Virus record (IMG/VR): IMGVR_UViG_3300028384_000991
Location: 64,001-128,000 of that record
DNA from: a virus
Reading direction: 5' to 3' (one strand)
Length of the DNA stretch: 64,000 nucleotides
The notes under the pieces were generated by a model. That model saw nothing but the letters and a program-made list of their open reading frames with translations, was not told the DNA's origin and did not search any database. Below, one piece after another: positions 28,589 through 38,176 of this stretch. A program made the translations under genes and the position numbers. Within the stretch, counting starts at the first letter, position 1, and each line of letters opens with the position of its first letter.

Positions 28589-29627
28589 TACTAATTGCCT
28601 TATATAATGCTTTACCTGAAAAGAACTCTGATTGTAATTTCTGTACTTGTTGTTGTACCGGAATAATATAATCTTTGTAATTTTCCATATAATTTGTAAT
28701 TTTAGCCATTAACTGACCCCTATTCAATTTATATGACTCAAAGTCTTTAGTCCATTCACTTGGATATTTGAATTCTTTTAGTGCCATTTCTGAATAACTT
28801 AATCTATCTGGAACCATAGGAATAGTACCTACAAGTGCGCCTTCGTACCAACTAATGCCGAGTGTTTCTTGTAGGTTAGCACTGAACACAAGTTTTGCAC
28901 GACCTAATAAATTATGATATTCATTTTTACTAAGTTCACGTTCTTGACACACAATAAATTCATATTGTGGTAATTGTTCTTTTAAATCTCTAAAAATTTC
29001 AACTTGCTTTTCTGGAGCAATACGATGCGGAAATAGTATTAAGTTTTCCTTAGGCATATTTTGATACATACTAAAACTATTTTTTAAGTACTCCATAGGC
29101 CAACCAACACGTTTAGTTTTACTTGGGTCCATCTTAAAACTTTTTGCAAACAAATCTATATGAAAGTCTGTAGCATAAAAGTTGTCATCAAACACTTCAT
29201 ACATACTTTGTTCTGCATGACGAACCCAAGGTTTATCACCTATAAGCCTGCCAAGGAAATCATGAGGATCATAACTACCAGCGTGCCAAAGGCCACCGAT
29301 TCTAATGTTACACCCCAGTAACTCAGCCATGTATTTAAGTTGGATAACAGTCGGGTTCCAAGCGTCCGTATATAGGAAATAATCTCCGTCATTTATTTCT
29401 CCTTTACAAAACATCTCTCCAATAGTTTCAAGTTGTTTTGATTTGTAAACATTTGTTCCACCGAAGTTAAGAAACGCCCCAGGTGTTGTAGCCTGAGGCG
29501 TCTCTCCTCCACTAATGACTTTGACGTCCATATTTGTAGCACGTTGAAGTTGCTTTGGAAGATGCTCTTTCCACTGCTTGGTGTAGCGTGTATCTACTGC
29601 TTCAATATCTACAATATAAACTGTCAT
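28581..29627 (-). CDS. GT-B (GT4-like) glycosyltransferase
   Basis: FPHRIAPEKQ, SANLQETLGISWYEG (Ex7E), PDRLSYSEM. Confidence 0.85.
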   Translation of the reverse strand: MTVYIVDIEAVDTRYTKQWKEHLPKQLQRATNMDVKVISGGETPQATTPGAFLNFGGTNVYKSKQLETIGEMFCKGEINDGDYFLYTDAWNPTVIQLKYMAELLGCNIRIGGLWHAGSYDPHDFLGRLIGDKPWVRHAEQSMYEVFDDNFYATDFHIDLFAKSFKMDPSKTKRVGWPMEYLKNSFSMYQNMPKENLILFPHRIAPEKQVEIFRDLKEQLPQYEFIVCQERELSKNEYHNLLGRAKLVFSANLQETLGISWYEGALVGTIPMVPDRLSYSEMALKEFKYPSEWTKDFESYKLNRGQLMAKITNYMENYKDYIIPVQQQVQKLQSEFFSGKALYKAISNG

Positions 29628-29854
29628 TAATGTCTCCTGTTGAACTTCTTTTTAAAGTTAGGACGTGGACGCTTGCCTTTCTTAAAATTGCAAAAGTTAC
29701 GCCACGCTTCACTTTTATTATTATACAAGTCGCGTTCGTCGAACTTGTATGCACGATGGTATCCTAACACCCAAGAACTCGCACAAAACTCTTTGAATGC
29801 TTCAAGATCGTTAAAGATCTTGTTATACGTTTCACGATCATACTTAATCGCCAT
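29627..29854 (-). CDS. Small basic hypothetical protein (75 aa)
   Basis: ATG 29854 with GAGGAG SD. Confidence 0.7.
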   Translation of the reverse strand: MAIKYDRETYNKIFNDLEAFKEFCASSWVLGYHRAYKFDERDLYNNKSEAWRNFCNFKKGKRPRPNFKKKFNRRH

Positions 29855-29867
29855 TTCATAATACTCC

Positions 29868-30311
29868 TCAGTATTTTGCGTACTCGATATGGGCACCATT
29901 CTCGCCATCTTCACTGATGTCGATATGTACTTCTCTGCCCGGGAATTTTTCAGCGATCTTTTCATAAAGATCATCTGACATCATTTCACATGATTTGTAA
30001 TCTAAATTTAATGTACCTTCGCTATACAGTTTCTCCATCCATCGTTTAAATTGAATAAACTCAATATCTCTGTCGTTGTGTGTAACAGTGATACCTACTT
30101 TGAAATGAAAAATGTGTCTGTGTGGATAACCTAAAAATGACACATCATCCCATTCACCTGTTGCTAACTTAGGATCATCTAAGGCCGCAGGATACTTATG
30201 GATACCTTCCTTGCGGAATGTTACCCAAATCATTCTCTTTGCTGTTCGCATGATCTTTTCGTGTGTTTCTTGTTTCATTGCTTCTTTCATCATTGTATCA
30301 GTTATACTCAT
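29868..30311 (-). CDS. QueD-like T-fold protein with DpdL-type signature (candidate CDG decarboxylase)
   Basis: EGIH...LGYPHRHIF (LxxxHRHxF rather than QueD CxxxHGH), SCE, SEDGENGA. Confidence 0.7.
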   Translation of the reverse strand: MSITDTMMKEAMKQETHEKIMRTAKRMIWVTFRKEGIHKYPAALDDPKLATGEWDDVSFLGYPHRHIFHFKVGITVTHNDRDIEFIQFKRWMEKLYSEGTLNLDYKSCEMMSDDLYEKIAEKFPGREVHIDISEDGENGAHIEYAKY

Positions 30312-30340
30312 ACTATACTACCTTTCGTCCTGTTTGTCAA
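30312..30340 (-). promoter_or_regulatory. Sigma70-type promoter
   Basis: TTGACA-17 nt-TATAGT. Confidence 0.7.
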
Positions 30341-30866
30341 CCGGATTATCGTTTTCGTATTTGGACCAATCTGTAAACTTTGAACGATCCTGAAGTTCAT
30401 GGACCTGATGAATCCATACACCTAAATTGGTTGCTTTAAAGTCTTTGTCGTCAATCTTAATACAAGCATTATAATTAAGTTGATCAATATAAGGAAGTTT
30501 TACACTGATTTGACTAATGAAACGTGTCTTTTCGTTATATCCAGATTCAAGTACCCATTCGTGATACTTTACGTCATAGTCAAGTGTGACATGATATCCT
30601 TCTTCAAGCAAACCATAAATTAGTGTATCCCATGCTTTGTTTGTTTCATCATCACCGTGTGGTAATTTAACTTCGAAACTTTGATTAGCACCTAAGTAAA
30701 TATGATCTACATGAGTTTCTTTTGCTTTAGCAAGTACTTCATCCAACGGACGACAACCTACTATAAACAGTGTATCCATATCGTATGCTGGTGTTTTCTC
30801 TACTTCATAACCAGTAAAGTAAACAACATCATCTTTTACAACGCCTTCTGAATAATCACGTTTCAC
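30318..30866 (-). CDS. Hypothetical protein within the deazaguanine locus
   Basis: 182-aa coupled ORF; GYEVEKTP, HIYLGANQSF, KIDDKDF..TN.GVW. Confidence 0.75.
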   Translation of the reverse strand: MKRDYSEGVVKDDVVYFTGYEVEKTPAYDMDTLFIVGCRPLDEVLAKAKETHVDHIYLGANQSFEVKLPHGDDETNKAWDTLIYGLLEEGYHVTLDYDVKYHEWVLESGYNEKTRFISQISVKLPYIDQLNYNACIKIDDKDFKATNLGVWIHQVHELQDRSKFTDWSKYENDNPVDKQDER

Positions 30867-31057
30867 TTTTGAAATTCCTTCATTAAGTTTTCAATTTGAT
30901 CTTTAATTGCCAGTTTAGTTTTTTTTAACTTTAGTAAAAGACTTTTGTGTACAAAAGATCTATCATAGTTTCTTTCGTCCTCAAGTTCTTTTACTTTTGC
31001 ATCATACCATGCATGATGTTCTTTTAGTTTTTCGATTTTCTTACTTGCTTTTGCCAT
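30863..31057 (-). CDS. Small coiled-coil protein (DUF465/YdcH-like)
   Basis: LKEHH..D..V...LKK.KL.IKD.I; ATG 31057 with GAGGAG. Confidence 0.65.
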   Translation of the reverse strand: MAKASKKIEKLKEHHAWYDAKVKELEDERNYDRSFVHKSLLLKLKKTKLAIKDQIENLMKEFQK

Positions 31058-31058
31058 T

Positions 31059-32516
31059 TTATAACTCCTCAAAGAGGTTACCAAATTGCGTTTGGGCATT
31101 AACCGTCTTCTTTCCTGTAGCGCCTCGGGTGCCAATGATTGACATCCAAAACTTGTTAAATTCCTCAATTACAGCATTAGCCTCATCTCTGTTGTCAGTT
31201 GCAAAAATTGCTTCAACAACATCTCGGAAGAACAATCTGTCAAAACGTTCTTCTACAAGCATCGCTGGAATTGTACCTTGATCATACTGTCTGTTTGCTT
31301 CTTGTACTGCATTAATGTGACTCCAAACATTATGACCCATTTGAATAGCATAACTAAAACTATCCCAACTTGTTTTGCCTTCTTTGCCTATTTTGTTTAA
31401 ATCGCCTGGTGCGTAAATACAAACATCTTTTGCTTGTAAATTCTGTGTGATAGGACTGTTTAAGAAACTTCCGTGTTTTCCTTCTCTAACAAACGCATCT
31501 CCGAATGGTGTTGTATCTGTTGCAAGTGATTTGTCATCGATACTTGGAACCATTCTATAAACCCATTTCTTTCTGTCCTGAGTTTCAAGTTCACAGTAGA
31601 TCTGTCCATTAGCGGTTGCGAGGAAAGGCGAAGCACAATCAAATGTGATAGTAAAGTTTTCATTATGATATTTTCTTACTGCTCTTTGTATATCTGTAAG
31701 TAGTGTTGCCCACTCTAATTTACTTGTACCTAAGAAGTGCATAAAGTCGTGTTTGCCTTTTTCAAGCAAACCATCAAAACGTAGTGCAACCATTCTTTTA
31801 AGTACAAGGTGAACATCACACATATTCTGACCACCCATTGACCAACCATTAAAATGTGTGTCAGGATATTTTTTAGGATCACAGTAATCTTTCATTTGCT
31901 GATACCAATCTTCTGCATCAGCATGATTTTCTCCTTGCAATACATTTAAGAACTTGCAATTACCATTACGATTAGCCATAAAGTAATCGTTATTGATACG
32001 TGTAGCATTTACGGCATCTTGATAGTTATCAATACCTGTTGCTTTAGCACCAGCAGGTGAACGTGATACCCAAGCCGGGATATCAAGTATCATACCATAG
32101 TCCATATATGCGTCCATCCAAGTTAACACTTGTTCACGTTTCTTTTTTGCTTTAGGACAATTAGGATCCTTCCAATCACCTTCCCATACACCTTTACCAA
32201 TCTGGAAACCACCTGAGTCACCAAGTAACCACGAGTTATTTCTATCTCTGTTTCGAATCATATCTTCTTTAGGTGCGTCCTTGTTTACATCAAGTTCTGC
32301 GTGTCCTGCGGAATATAAACTCCAGTGATAATTGAACAATCCGTGTTGCGTGTTGAACCAGTTAAGGCCTTCCATTTCGTTGTTAGGAAAAGGAATACGA
32401 CTTTTGTCTACGTATTCTTCTTTGCGTTGCTTACCAATAAATGTAGCATAAAAGCCACTAATGGCAGGCAAAAAGATTGCGTAGTCTTTCTGTTCTTTTG
32501 TTAAGTTAGTATTCAA
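31059..32516 (-). CDS. TGT-family transglycosylase, probable DNA 7-deazaguanine insertase (DpdA-like)
   Basis: DSGGFQ, MILDIP, VLQG, HFLG, TFDCAS, HN motifs; located with folE/queE and replication genes; likely TTG start with GGAG SD. Confidence 0.8.
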   Translation of the reverse strand: MNTNLTKEQKDYAIFLPAISGFYATFIGKQRKEEYVDKSRIPFPNNEMEGLNWFNTQHGLFNYHWSLYSAGHAELDVNKDAPKEDMIRNRDRNNSWLLGDSGGFQIGKGVWEGDWKDPNCPKAKKKREQVLTWMDAYMDYGMILDIPAWVSRSPAGAKATGIDNYQDAVNATRINNDYFMANRNGNCKFLNVLQGENHADAEDWYQQMKDYCDPKKYPDTHFNGWSMGGQNMCDVHLVLKRMVALRFDGLLEKGKHDFMHFLGTSKLEWATLLTDIQRAVRKYHNENFTITFDCASPFLATANGQIYCELETQDRKKWVYRMVPSIDDKSLATDTTPFGDAFVREGKHGSFLNSPITQNLQAKDVCIYAPGDLNKIGKEGKTSWDSFSYAIQMGHNVWSHINAVQEANRQYDQGTIPAMLVEERFDRLFFRDVVEAIFATDNRDEANAVIEEFNKFWMSIIGTRGATGKKTVNAQTQFGNLFEEL

Positions 32517-32517
32517 A

Positions 32518-32709
32518 CTATTCTCCAAATGCCTTTATTGCTAACAATGGTACAAGCCATGGGTAAACTAAATGTTCTACTATTTCGTATAAAACTAAAA
32601 TAGTTAACACTACTGCCCATACTTTGCTTGTTTTTGCTTTCATGCTTACATACGTAAAGATTTTTCTGTGCCATTGTCCTATCTTTTCTATTATGCCTGG
32701 TTTCTGCAT
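32518..32709 (-). CDS. Small membrane protein
   Basis: ATG 32709 with AAGGAG; one hydrophobic helix. Confidence 0.65.
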   Translation of the reverse strand: MQKPGIIEKIGQWHRKIFTYVSMKAKTSKVWAVVLTILVLYEIVEHLVYPWLVPLLAIKAFGE

Positions 32710-32716
32710 AAACTCC

Positions 32717-33445
32717 TTACTTGGTTTGAGCAGGTAGAATATAATTGTATTCTGCCAAACCACTGTCGACTGTAAGTTGCATAGCACCTTGATCTGAAAT
32801 GCTCATTGTAACTTTACCGTCGAGGTTTAAGATTGCCTGCACTTGGGCAACAGGCCACGCCCATGCGTGTTTCAAACTACCTTGCACATCTGGATGGAAT
32901 ACAAATGAACCTGCGTGTTGTGATGCATCACCAAAACTAAACACAAGGTTGTTGTTTTCTGTTTTAACTGTAAACACAGTTTCCTCAGAGTGTGCTAAAC
33001 TTTGAAACTTCATACGTTGAATAGCCGCCACACTTGGCTCAACTACTACGTCCCAACTTGCACCTTTAAACTTAACAGTTTTAAGTTTCTCTTCAATGAT
33101 TTGCTTGTTCATAAAGCGATAATCATTTTCAAAGTCACCTGCTTCGTTTTCAAAGTGAATGTGTGTTGGAACAGTTTCGCCATTTCGATCTGCTTGTTCA
33201 ACAGTAATTTTTGCATTCTTTTGATACTCAGGACATTTTAAGTGTAATGCTAACTTGTCTAAGTTAGGCATACCAAATGTACCTGCAAATTCGTTTACTG
33301 CATTCTTAGTCTTAGAACTAAGAATAACTGATCTATCTTCTGCCATTGATTCAATGGTAGTATCAGTTTCATTTGTTACCTTTACAATGTTAAGAAATCC
33401 TAACGAATGTGTATGGGCAACGATGTCTTGTAAAATGTCTTTCAT
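32717..33445 (-). CDS. Probable DNA sliding clamp (gp45/PCNA-like)
   Basis: 242 aa, C-terminal YNYILPAQ, near PolB; fold inferred only. Confidence 0.55.
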   Translation of the reverse strand: MKDILQDIVAHTHSLGFLNIVKVTNETDTTIESMAEDRSVILSSKTKNAVNEFAGTFGMPNLDKLALHLKCPEYQKNAKITVEQADRNGETVPTHIHFENEAGDFENDYRFMNKQIIEEKLKTVKFKGASWDVVVEPSVAAIQRMKFQSLAHSEETVFTVKTENNNLVFSFGDASQHAGSFVFHPDVQGSLKHAWAWPVAQVQAILNLDGKVTMSISDQGAMQLTVDSGLAEYNYILPAQTK

Positions 33446-34206
33446 GGTTGGTCTCCTATTGTTACATTATATTTAGAAAATGCTTCTTTGTCAAGTGTTT
33501 TTTCTTGGCTAACGAAGTCAATTACATCAATTCTCGCTTTGAATCCAATACTGTTTAATTGAGTTGTATCAGCAGTATTGTCCTTGCGTTCTTGTTTTCC
33601 TCCTTCACGCATTGGAACTTTAATCCCTTTTGCTTGAATAAGTTTTGATAAATGATAAGACTTGCCTGTGCCTATATCAATTATACCTTTTAGATTACTA
33701 TGCATTATCATAGTAACTGCTCTACACACATCAGCAATGTGTATAAAATCTCTTGAATGATTGTTAATATATTCAACATCATTTCTCATAAGTTTTGGAA
33801 TAAACATATTAGGTCTTGCATCTGATCCATAAATGGTTGTGAATCTTAAACCAACTGCATTGTCGGGTGCTTCTTTTTCCATAATATGTTTTGTATATGC
33901 ATATGGATTTCTTTCAGGTTCTTTAGCAGTGCTTGAACTTGCATAGTAGATAGGAACACTGTAAAAGTCAAATAATCTTTTAGTTGCTTCTACATTGTTT
34001 TTCCAATACTCCATAGGTGAATCAAAACTTTCTCTTACTCCGCTCTTACCAGCCAAATGCACAACAGCATCTACTTCTGGTAAGTCACAGGTATTTAGGT
34101 CTGTACCTAATTTAAGATCAATAAATGTCATATCGTAAATACCACGCCAAAACATTTTTAATGTTGATCCAAGCATTCCTTCGCTACCTGTGAGTAAAAT
34201 TTTCAT
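33442..34206 (-). CDS. NAD-dependent nucleotide-sugar epimerase/dehydratase
   Basis: TGSEGMLG, HLAG, ASSS, YAYTK, RDFIHIAD. Confidence 0.9.
   Translation of the reverse strand: MKILLTGSEGMLGSTLKMFWRGIYDMTFIDLKLGTDLNTCDLPEVDAVVHLAGKSGVRESFDSPMEYWKNNVEATKRLFDFYSVPIYYASSSTAKEPERNPYAYTKHIMEKEAPDNAVGLRFTTIYGSDARPNMFIPKLMRNDVEYINNHSRDFIHIADVCRAVTMIMHSNLKGIIDIGTGKSYHLSKLIQAKGIKVPMREGGKQERKDNTADTTQLNSIGFKARIDVIDFVSQEKTLDKEAFSKYNVTIGDQP
33466..33494 (-). promoter_or_regulatory. Sigma70-type promoter (clamp-DpdA operon)
   Basis: TTGACA-17 nt-TATAAT, then AGGAG SD. Confidence 0.85.
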
Positions 34207-34595
34207 GCGGCTAATTCTTCCTGAATATATCTTTTTAATTCTTTGTCTTGTACGTCTGTAGGTATTTCATTTTTATAAAAAATTCTATAACTGTCAGAAC
34301 CGTACTTACCAATGCCATATAGTTGTGTAGCATCTTCACCATCCCAATCACCAAACTGTTCACTCATTCGATATAATCTTTCTGCTCGAACACGTTGCAT
34401 ACCTAATGGTTGTAGTACATCTTCAATTTCTTTTTTAGTAGCATATAGCAAACTACTATGTGTAGGCCAACGTCTAAAAAACTCTGTAAGCACAGGTTTA
34501 GTTTGACGTCTGTTTACTTGATTAAGACAAATAACACCAACCATATGTTGCCATACATTGTCTACTTGTTGTTGAACCATTAGATCATCACGCAT
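34203..34595 (-). CDS. MBD4-like HhH-GPD DNA glycosylase
   Basis: VQQ...W...ICLN, LQPLG, LYGIGKYGSDSYRIF, catalytic Asp in VQDKEL. Confidence 0.85.
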   Translation of the reverse strand: MRDDLMVQQQVDNVWQHMVGVICLNQVNRRQTKPVLTEFFRRWPTHSSLLYATKKEIEDVLQPLGMQRVRAERLYRMSEQFGDWDGEDATQLYGIGKYGSDSYRIFYKNEIPTDVQDKELKRYIQEELAA

Positions 34596-34920
34596 CGTAT
34601 CTCTTTCCATCAAACACACAAACAAATTCTAACCAATAGTCGCCGGTGTTATGAACTTTGTGAAATACATTATCTTCAATTAAAACAATGTCACCTTCTT
34701 TAACGTCAAATATTTTATGATCAAGTTCCATTTTACCTGTACCTTTTGTAAACATATAAACTTCTTCTTGACCTGCGTGTCTATGTCCATTTGTACTTTG
34801 ACCCGCTCGTAACTTTGTTTTACTGAGCATCAAGTTCTTTAATGTCTTATTATCAAACAATTGATACTGTGCATTATCTTTAATTAACTCACCGCCTACA
34901 TCAAAGTTTTCATATTTCAT
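34588..34920 (-). CDS. Cupin domain protein
   Basis: GHRH..QEEVY...G.G...GD...FHKVHN. Confidence 0.85.
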   Translation of the reverse strand: MKYENFDVGGELIKDNAQYQLFDNKTLKNLMLSKTKLRAGQSTNGHRHAGQEEVYMFTKGTGKMELDHKIFDVKEGDIVLIEDNVFHKVHNTGDYWLEFVCVFDGKRYDA

Positions 34921-35459
34921 TTCTTTACTCCAAAATGTTTATAGGATTGCTGTACACACTTTGCTTGATAGTAACAGTCTGCAAGTGCATTGTGTAAACT
35001 TTCTTGTATTGCTTTACGTGGATCACTTGGCATCATAGCAAACAATGTTCTACTATCTCTAATTTGCCAATAGTTCCAAGGCACAGGTTTTTGTGCTTCT
35101 TTATATAAACTTTGTAATATAACAAAATCAAAAGTAGGACCTTGACACCAAATGTAATCTAAGCCAACTGCCCATTTGTTAAGTTGTTTAAGCATTTCTT
35201 GTACACCTACTCTATCTGTGTGTTCACCAAATGCTTCATCTTGTATTGCTTGATCTTGTTTACTCCACCAAGCAAGAGTATTATCATCAATTGAACGATT
35301 AAACTTTTCTGTTTGTTCTTCTACATCACCACGCAGGTATAATCCACTATGTGGCTCCGTATCTGAGAACGGATCAAACTTAATTGCACCAAGTGTCATA
35401 ACAACACTGTCAGGCTCAACGCCAAGTGTCTCTAAGTCTATCATACCGTGAGTAGCCAT
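34917..35459 (-). CDS. DEDDh 3'-5' exonuclease (DexA-like)
   Basis: MIDLETLG, FDFVIL, RDSRT, HNALAD. Confidence 0.85.
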   Translation of the reverse strand: MATHGMIDLETLGVEPDSVVMTLGAIKFDPFSDTEPHSGLYLRGDVEEQTEKFNRSIDDNTLAWWSKQDQAIQDEAFGEHTDRVGVQEMLKQLNKWAVGLDYIWCQGPTFDFVILQSLYKEAQKPVPWNYWQIRDSRTLFAMMPSDPRKAIQESLHNALADCYYQAKCVQQSYKHFGVKK

Positions 35460-38129
35460 TTATTCTCCAAAGTCAAATAAGTTGTTAAATGTATTCTTGG
35501 TCTTTGTGCTTTCTAAATCATACTTCAGCACTCCGATCAAGTTGTCAAGTTTGTTATCAATGATTGTGCCTTCCATAGCATCACCATCAAAAGGAAGTTC
35601 CTTAAACCAGTCTGGCAAATGCATTTCGTCTACTGGATATGCAACACTTGTATACCCCATTGGATTTTGTTTTAGTTTACAAACAATAACTTTCATACCA
35701 TCTACAATCTCTTGCGAATATTTGTCACTGTTCATTTTCTTAAGAGTATTCCAATTGATACTTGCTCTTACGTGTCCAGGCATATTTGCCTTGCCTTGTT
35801 TTTCTTCAAGACGCTGATAGTGTCCAATTTTGTTTGCACGTTTAGGTGAACCTTTTTCATGTCCAGGTCGTGATTTAAATTCAGTTCTAAATTCAGTAAT
35901 ACGATCTAAAATACTATCTTCACTTTCAAACTGCAACACTTTAAGTAATAGTTCACTCAAGAAGTCCTGCATAAACACCGGAGTATCTGAACGTTTAAGA
36001 TCAAGACCCATTGCTTTTACTTTGCCTGGCTTGCCATCAACATCTACACGTTCACCTTCGTTATCATAAATCAATGCCGCATATCTTTTCTTTGTAATAT
36101 ACAGTCCGCTTTCTGCAACAATCTCTCTACCTGCCGCAATTACTTCTGAACGTGTCTTAGGACAATGGAACGCATCAAGCATAAACTTAGGAAATGATTT
36201 GTTTGCTTCTGTACAAACTTGATCATAAAGTTTAATTACATTGTCTTTACCCCAAGGAATATTACCTGCATCAATATCTTGTTTAAGCACAGGATATGCA
36301 CTAAAATAACAAGAGTCAGTATCACCATAGATAATTGCTTTACCTACGTGATTGTATTCGCCTGTAATCACCTTGTTTACTTCTGCGGACATATGTTTTA
36401 CAATTTGTCTGCCTGTGAGTGTAGTAGATTGACCAATACGTCCGTCAAAGAATCTACAACCAGGATTAAGAATAGCACCATACAAACTGTTTAGATTAAT
36501 TTTCTTAACAAGTTGTCGTTTGTCCCAAAACTCTATTTCTGCTTTGTTACCTGCGTCAATGGCTTTCTTTTTCATTGCCTGCATTTCTTTACGTTCTGCA
36601 TACCAACGTTTTAGCAGTCCTGGAATAACACCTTCGAACTCATATGTAAAGATTGTACCATTAGCACTCAGCATCCACGGATTGTTACTATCATATATGA
36701 CTTTATAAATCTGTGCACCACTCATTACATCTGATTGGCCATTTTCCCAATCAACAGTAATACTAACATCTCTACGTTGTTCCATTACTGCATCGTATTC
36801 CATAGTGCCGAAACGTCCTTCCCAAGCCGCCGCAAATGATTTCTTTTTCAAGTTCATTTGCTCACCAACATATTTGTTAGTAAGTTCTGGACGTAGTTGT
36901 CCTACAACAGTTTCGGGAGCCATATTCAATGCACGAATCACTGAAGGATACAGTGAATTCAAGTCCATTGATCCAATCCATTTGTGAACCCCTACTTTCG
37001 GAAATGCAACATAAGCACCAGCCGCCGGATCACTACCAGGCTCACGTTTTACTCTATTAGGTACTTGCATACCTCTGTGATGTGCTTCGTTGATAATTGC
37101 TTGTTCTGTAACAGCAACAGCACCCATAGTTGTTTGTAGTAGCACAGTGTTTGCATGAGCAAGTTCGTTACTAAGATCAATAAATCTTAGTTTTTTATCT
37201 AACTTATCCAACAGTGCAACGTCTTGTCTGTTATATTCAATAAACGTTCTAAAATCGTTGTTGTATAGTTGATCAAGTGTGCCTTCGTAAACAGTCTTAC
37301 GTTCACCGACTTCCATCTCACCAATGGCATCTAATCGATATGTATGACGTTCTTCATATGTATACTTCCGATATAATTCTAAACTATCTAAATGTACACG
37401 ACCTACAAGATCATAAGTTTCTTGTTGTCTGCCAAACTTTTCATATTCACGCTTTTTAGGAAACTGATCAAACAAACAAAAACGTCTTGTATCATCTTTA
37501 CTCAATACTTTTGCAACACGATTAACAGTGTACGGAATATCATAACCTTCACTGTTCCAACCAGTAATGATATCACTATCTTGAATCAAATCAAGAAATG
37601 TTTTTAACATATCTGCTTCGTCTGCAAATAAATGTGTGTTAGGAAATTCTTTTACTTGTTCTTCTGCTTGTTCCATTGTAAGTGTCTTAGGCGGAACAGC
37701 AAGTGTTACAAGTGTATCAAGCCATTGCAAGTGAACAGTAATAGCAGTAATTGGCATAAACGGATCACTTGGATCAGCAAAGCCTCTGTCAGGATCAAAG
37801 TCTGTCTCAATATCAAAAAATGCAACATTTAGTTTAGGGGCATCGTGATTGAGATAGTTTTCACTTAGACATTGAAAGATAGGATTTACATCACTTTCAT
37901 ACAGATCTTTGTTTTTATTAATTGCTAATTCTTTGCGGAAATCTTTTGTGTTTTTACAAACAATTCTGTTTAGTGGTTCACCGTGAATACTTTTATACTT
38001 TCCACGTTGGTCACCATAATAAAAAGTGTACTTGACAGGATATTCAGTAAACGATCGTTTACCTTCTTTACGTTCTACAACACGAATAATATCTGCGTTG
38101 CGATCAAAAAATGCATCTACATAACTCAT
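35460..38129 (-). CDS. Family B DNA polymerase (gp43-like)
   Basis: FDIET exo I, DLNSLYPS, KINLNSLYG, YGDTDS, KKRY. Confidence 0.97.
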   Translation of the reverse strand: MSYVDAFFDRNADIIRVVERKEGKRSFTEYPVKYTFYYGDQRGKYKSIHGEPLNRIVCKNTKDFRKELAINKNKDLYESDVNPIFQCLSENYLNHDAPKLNVAFFDIETDFDPDRGFADPSDPFMPITAITVHLQWLDTLVTLAVPPKTLTMEQAEEQVKEFPNTHLFADEADMLKTFLDLIQDSDIITGWNSEGYDIPYTVNRVAKVLSKDDTRRFCLFDQFPKKREYEKFGRQQETYDLVGRVHLDSLELYRKYTYEERHTYRLDAIGEMEVGERKTVYEGTLDQLYNNDFRTFIEYNRQDVALLDKLDKKLRFIDLSNELAHANTVLLQTTMGAVAVTEQAIINEAHHRGMQVPNRVKREPGSDPAAGAYVAFPKVGVHKWIGSMDLNSLYPSVIRALNMAPETVVGQLRPELTNKYVGEQMNLKKKSFAAAWEGRFGTMEYDAVMEQRRDVSITVDWENGQSDVMSGAQIYKVIYDSNNPWMLSANGTIFTYEFEGVIPGLLKRWYAERKEMQAMKKKAIDAGNKAEIEFWDKRQLVKKINLNSLYGAILNPGCRFFDGRIGQSTTLTGRQIVKHMSAEVNKVITGEYNHVGKAIIYGDTDSCYFSAYPVLKQDIDAGNIPWGKDNVIKLYDQVCTEANKSFPKFMLDAFHCPKTRSEVIAAGREIVAESGLYITKKRYAALIYDNEGERVDVDGKPGKVKAMGLDLKRSDTPVFMQDFLSELLLKVLQFESEDSILDRITEFRTEFKSRPGHEKGSPKRANKIGHYQRLEEKQGKANMPGHVRASINWNTLKKMNSDKYSQEIVDGMKVIVCKLKQNPMGYTSVAYPVDEMHLPDWFKELPFDGDAMEGTIIDNKLDNLIGVLKYDLESTKTKNTFNNLFDFGE

Positions 38130-38176
38130 TGTCTCTCCTATGCCACTTTAGGCTGGCAAATACCAAGTGTCGATTT

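Noticed and set aside
35460-38129. Intein or intron in the DNA polymerase
   Set aside because: Continuous 889-aa ORF with all motifs in order and no splicing or homing-endonuclease motifs
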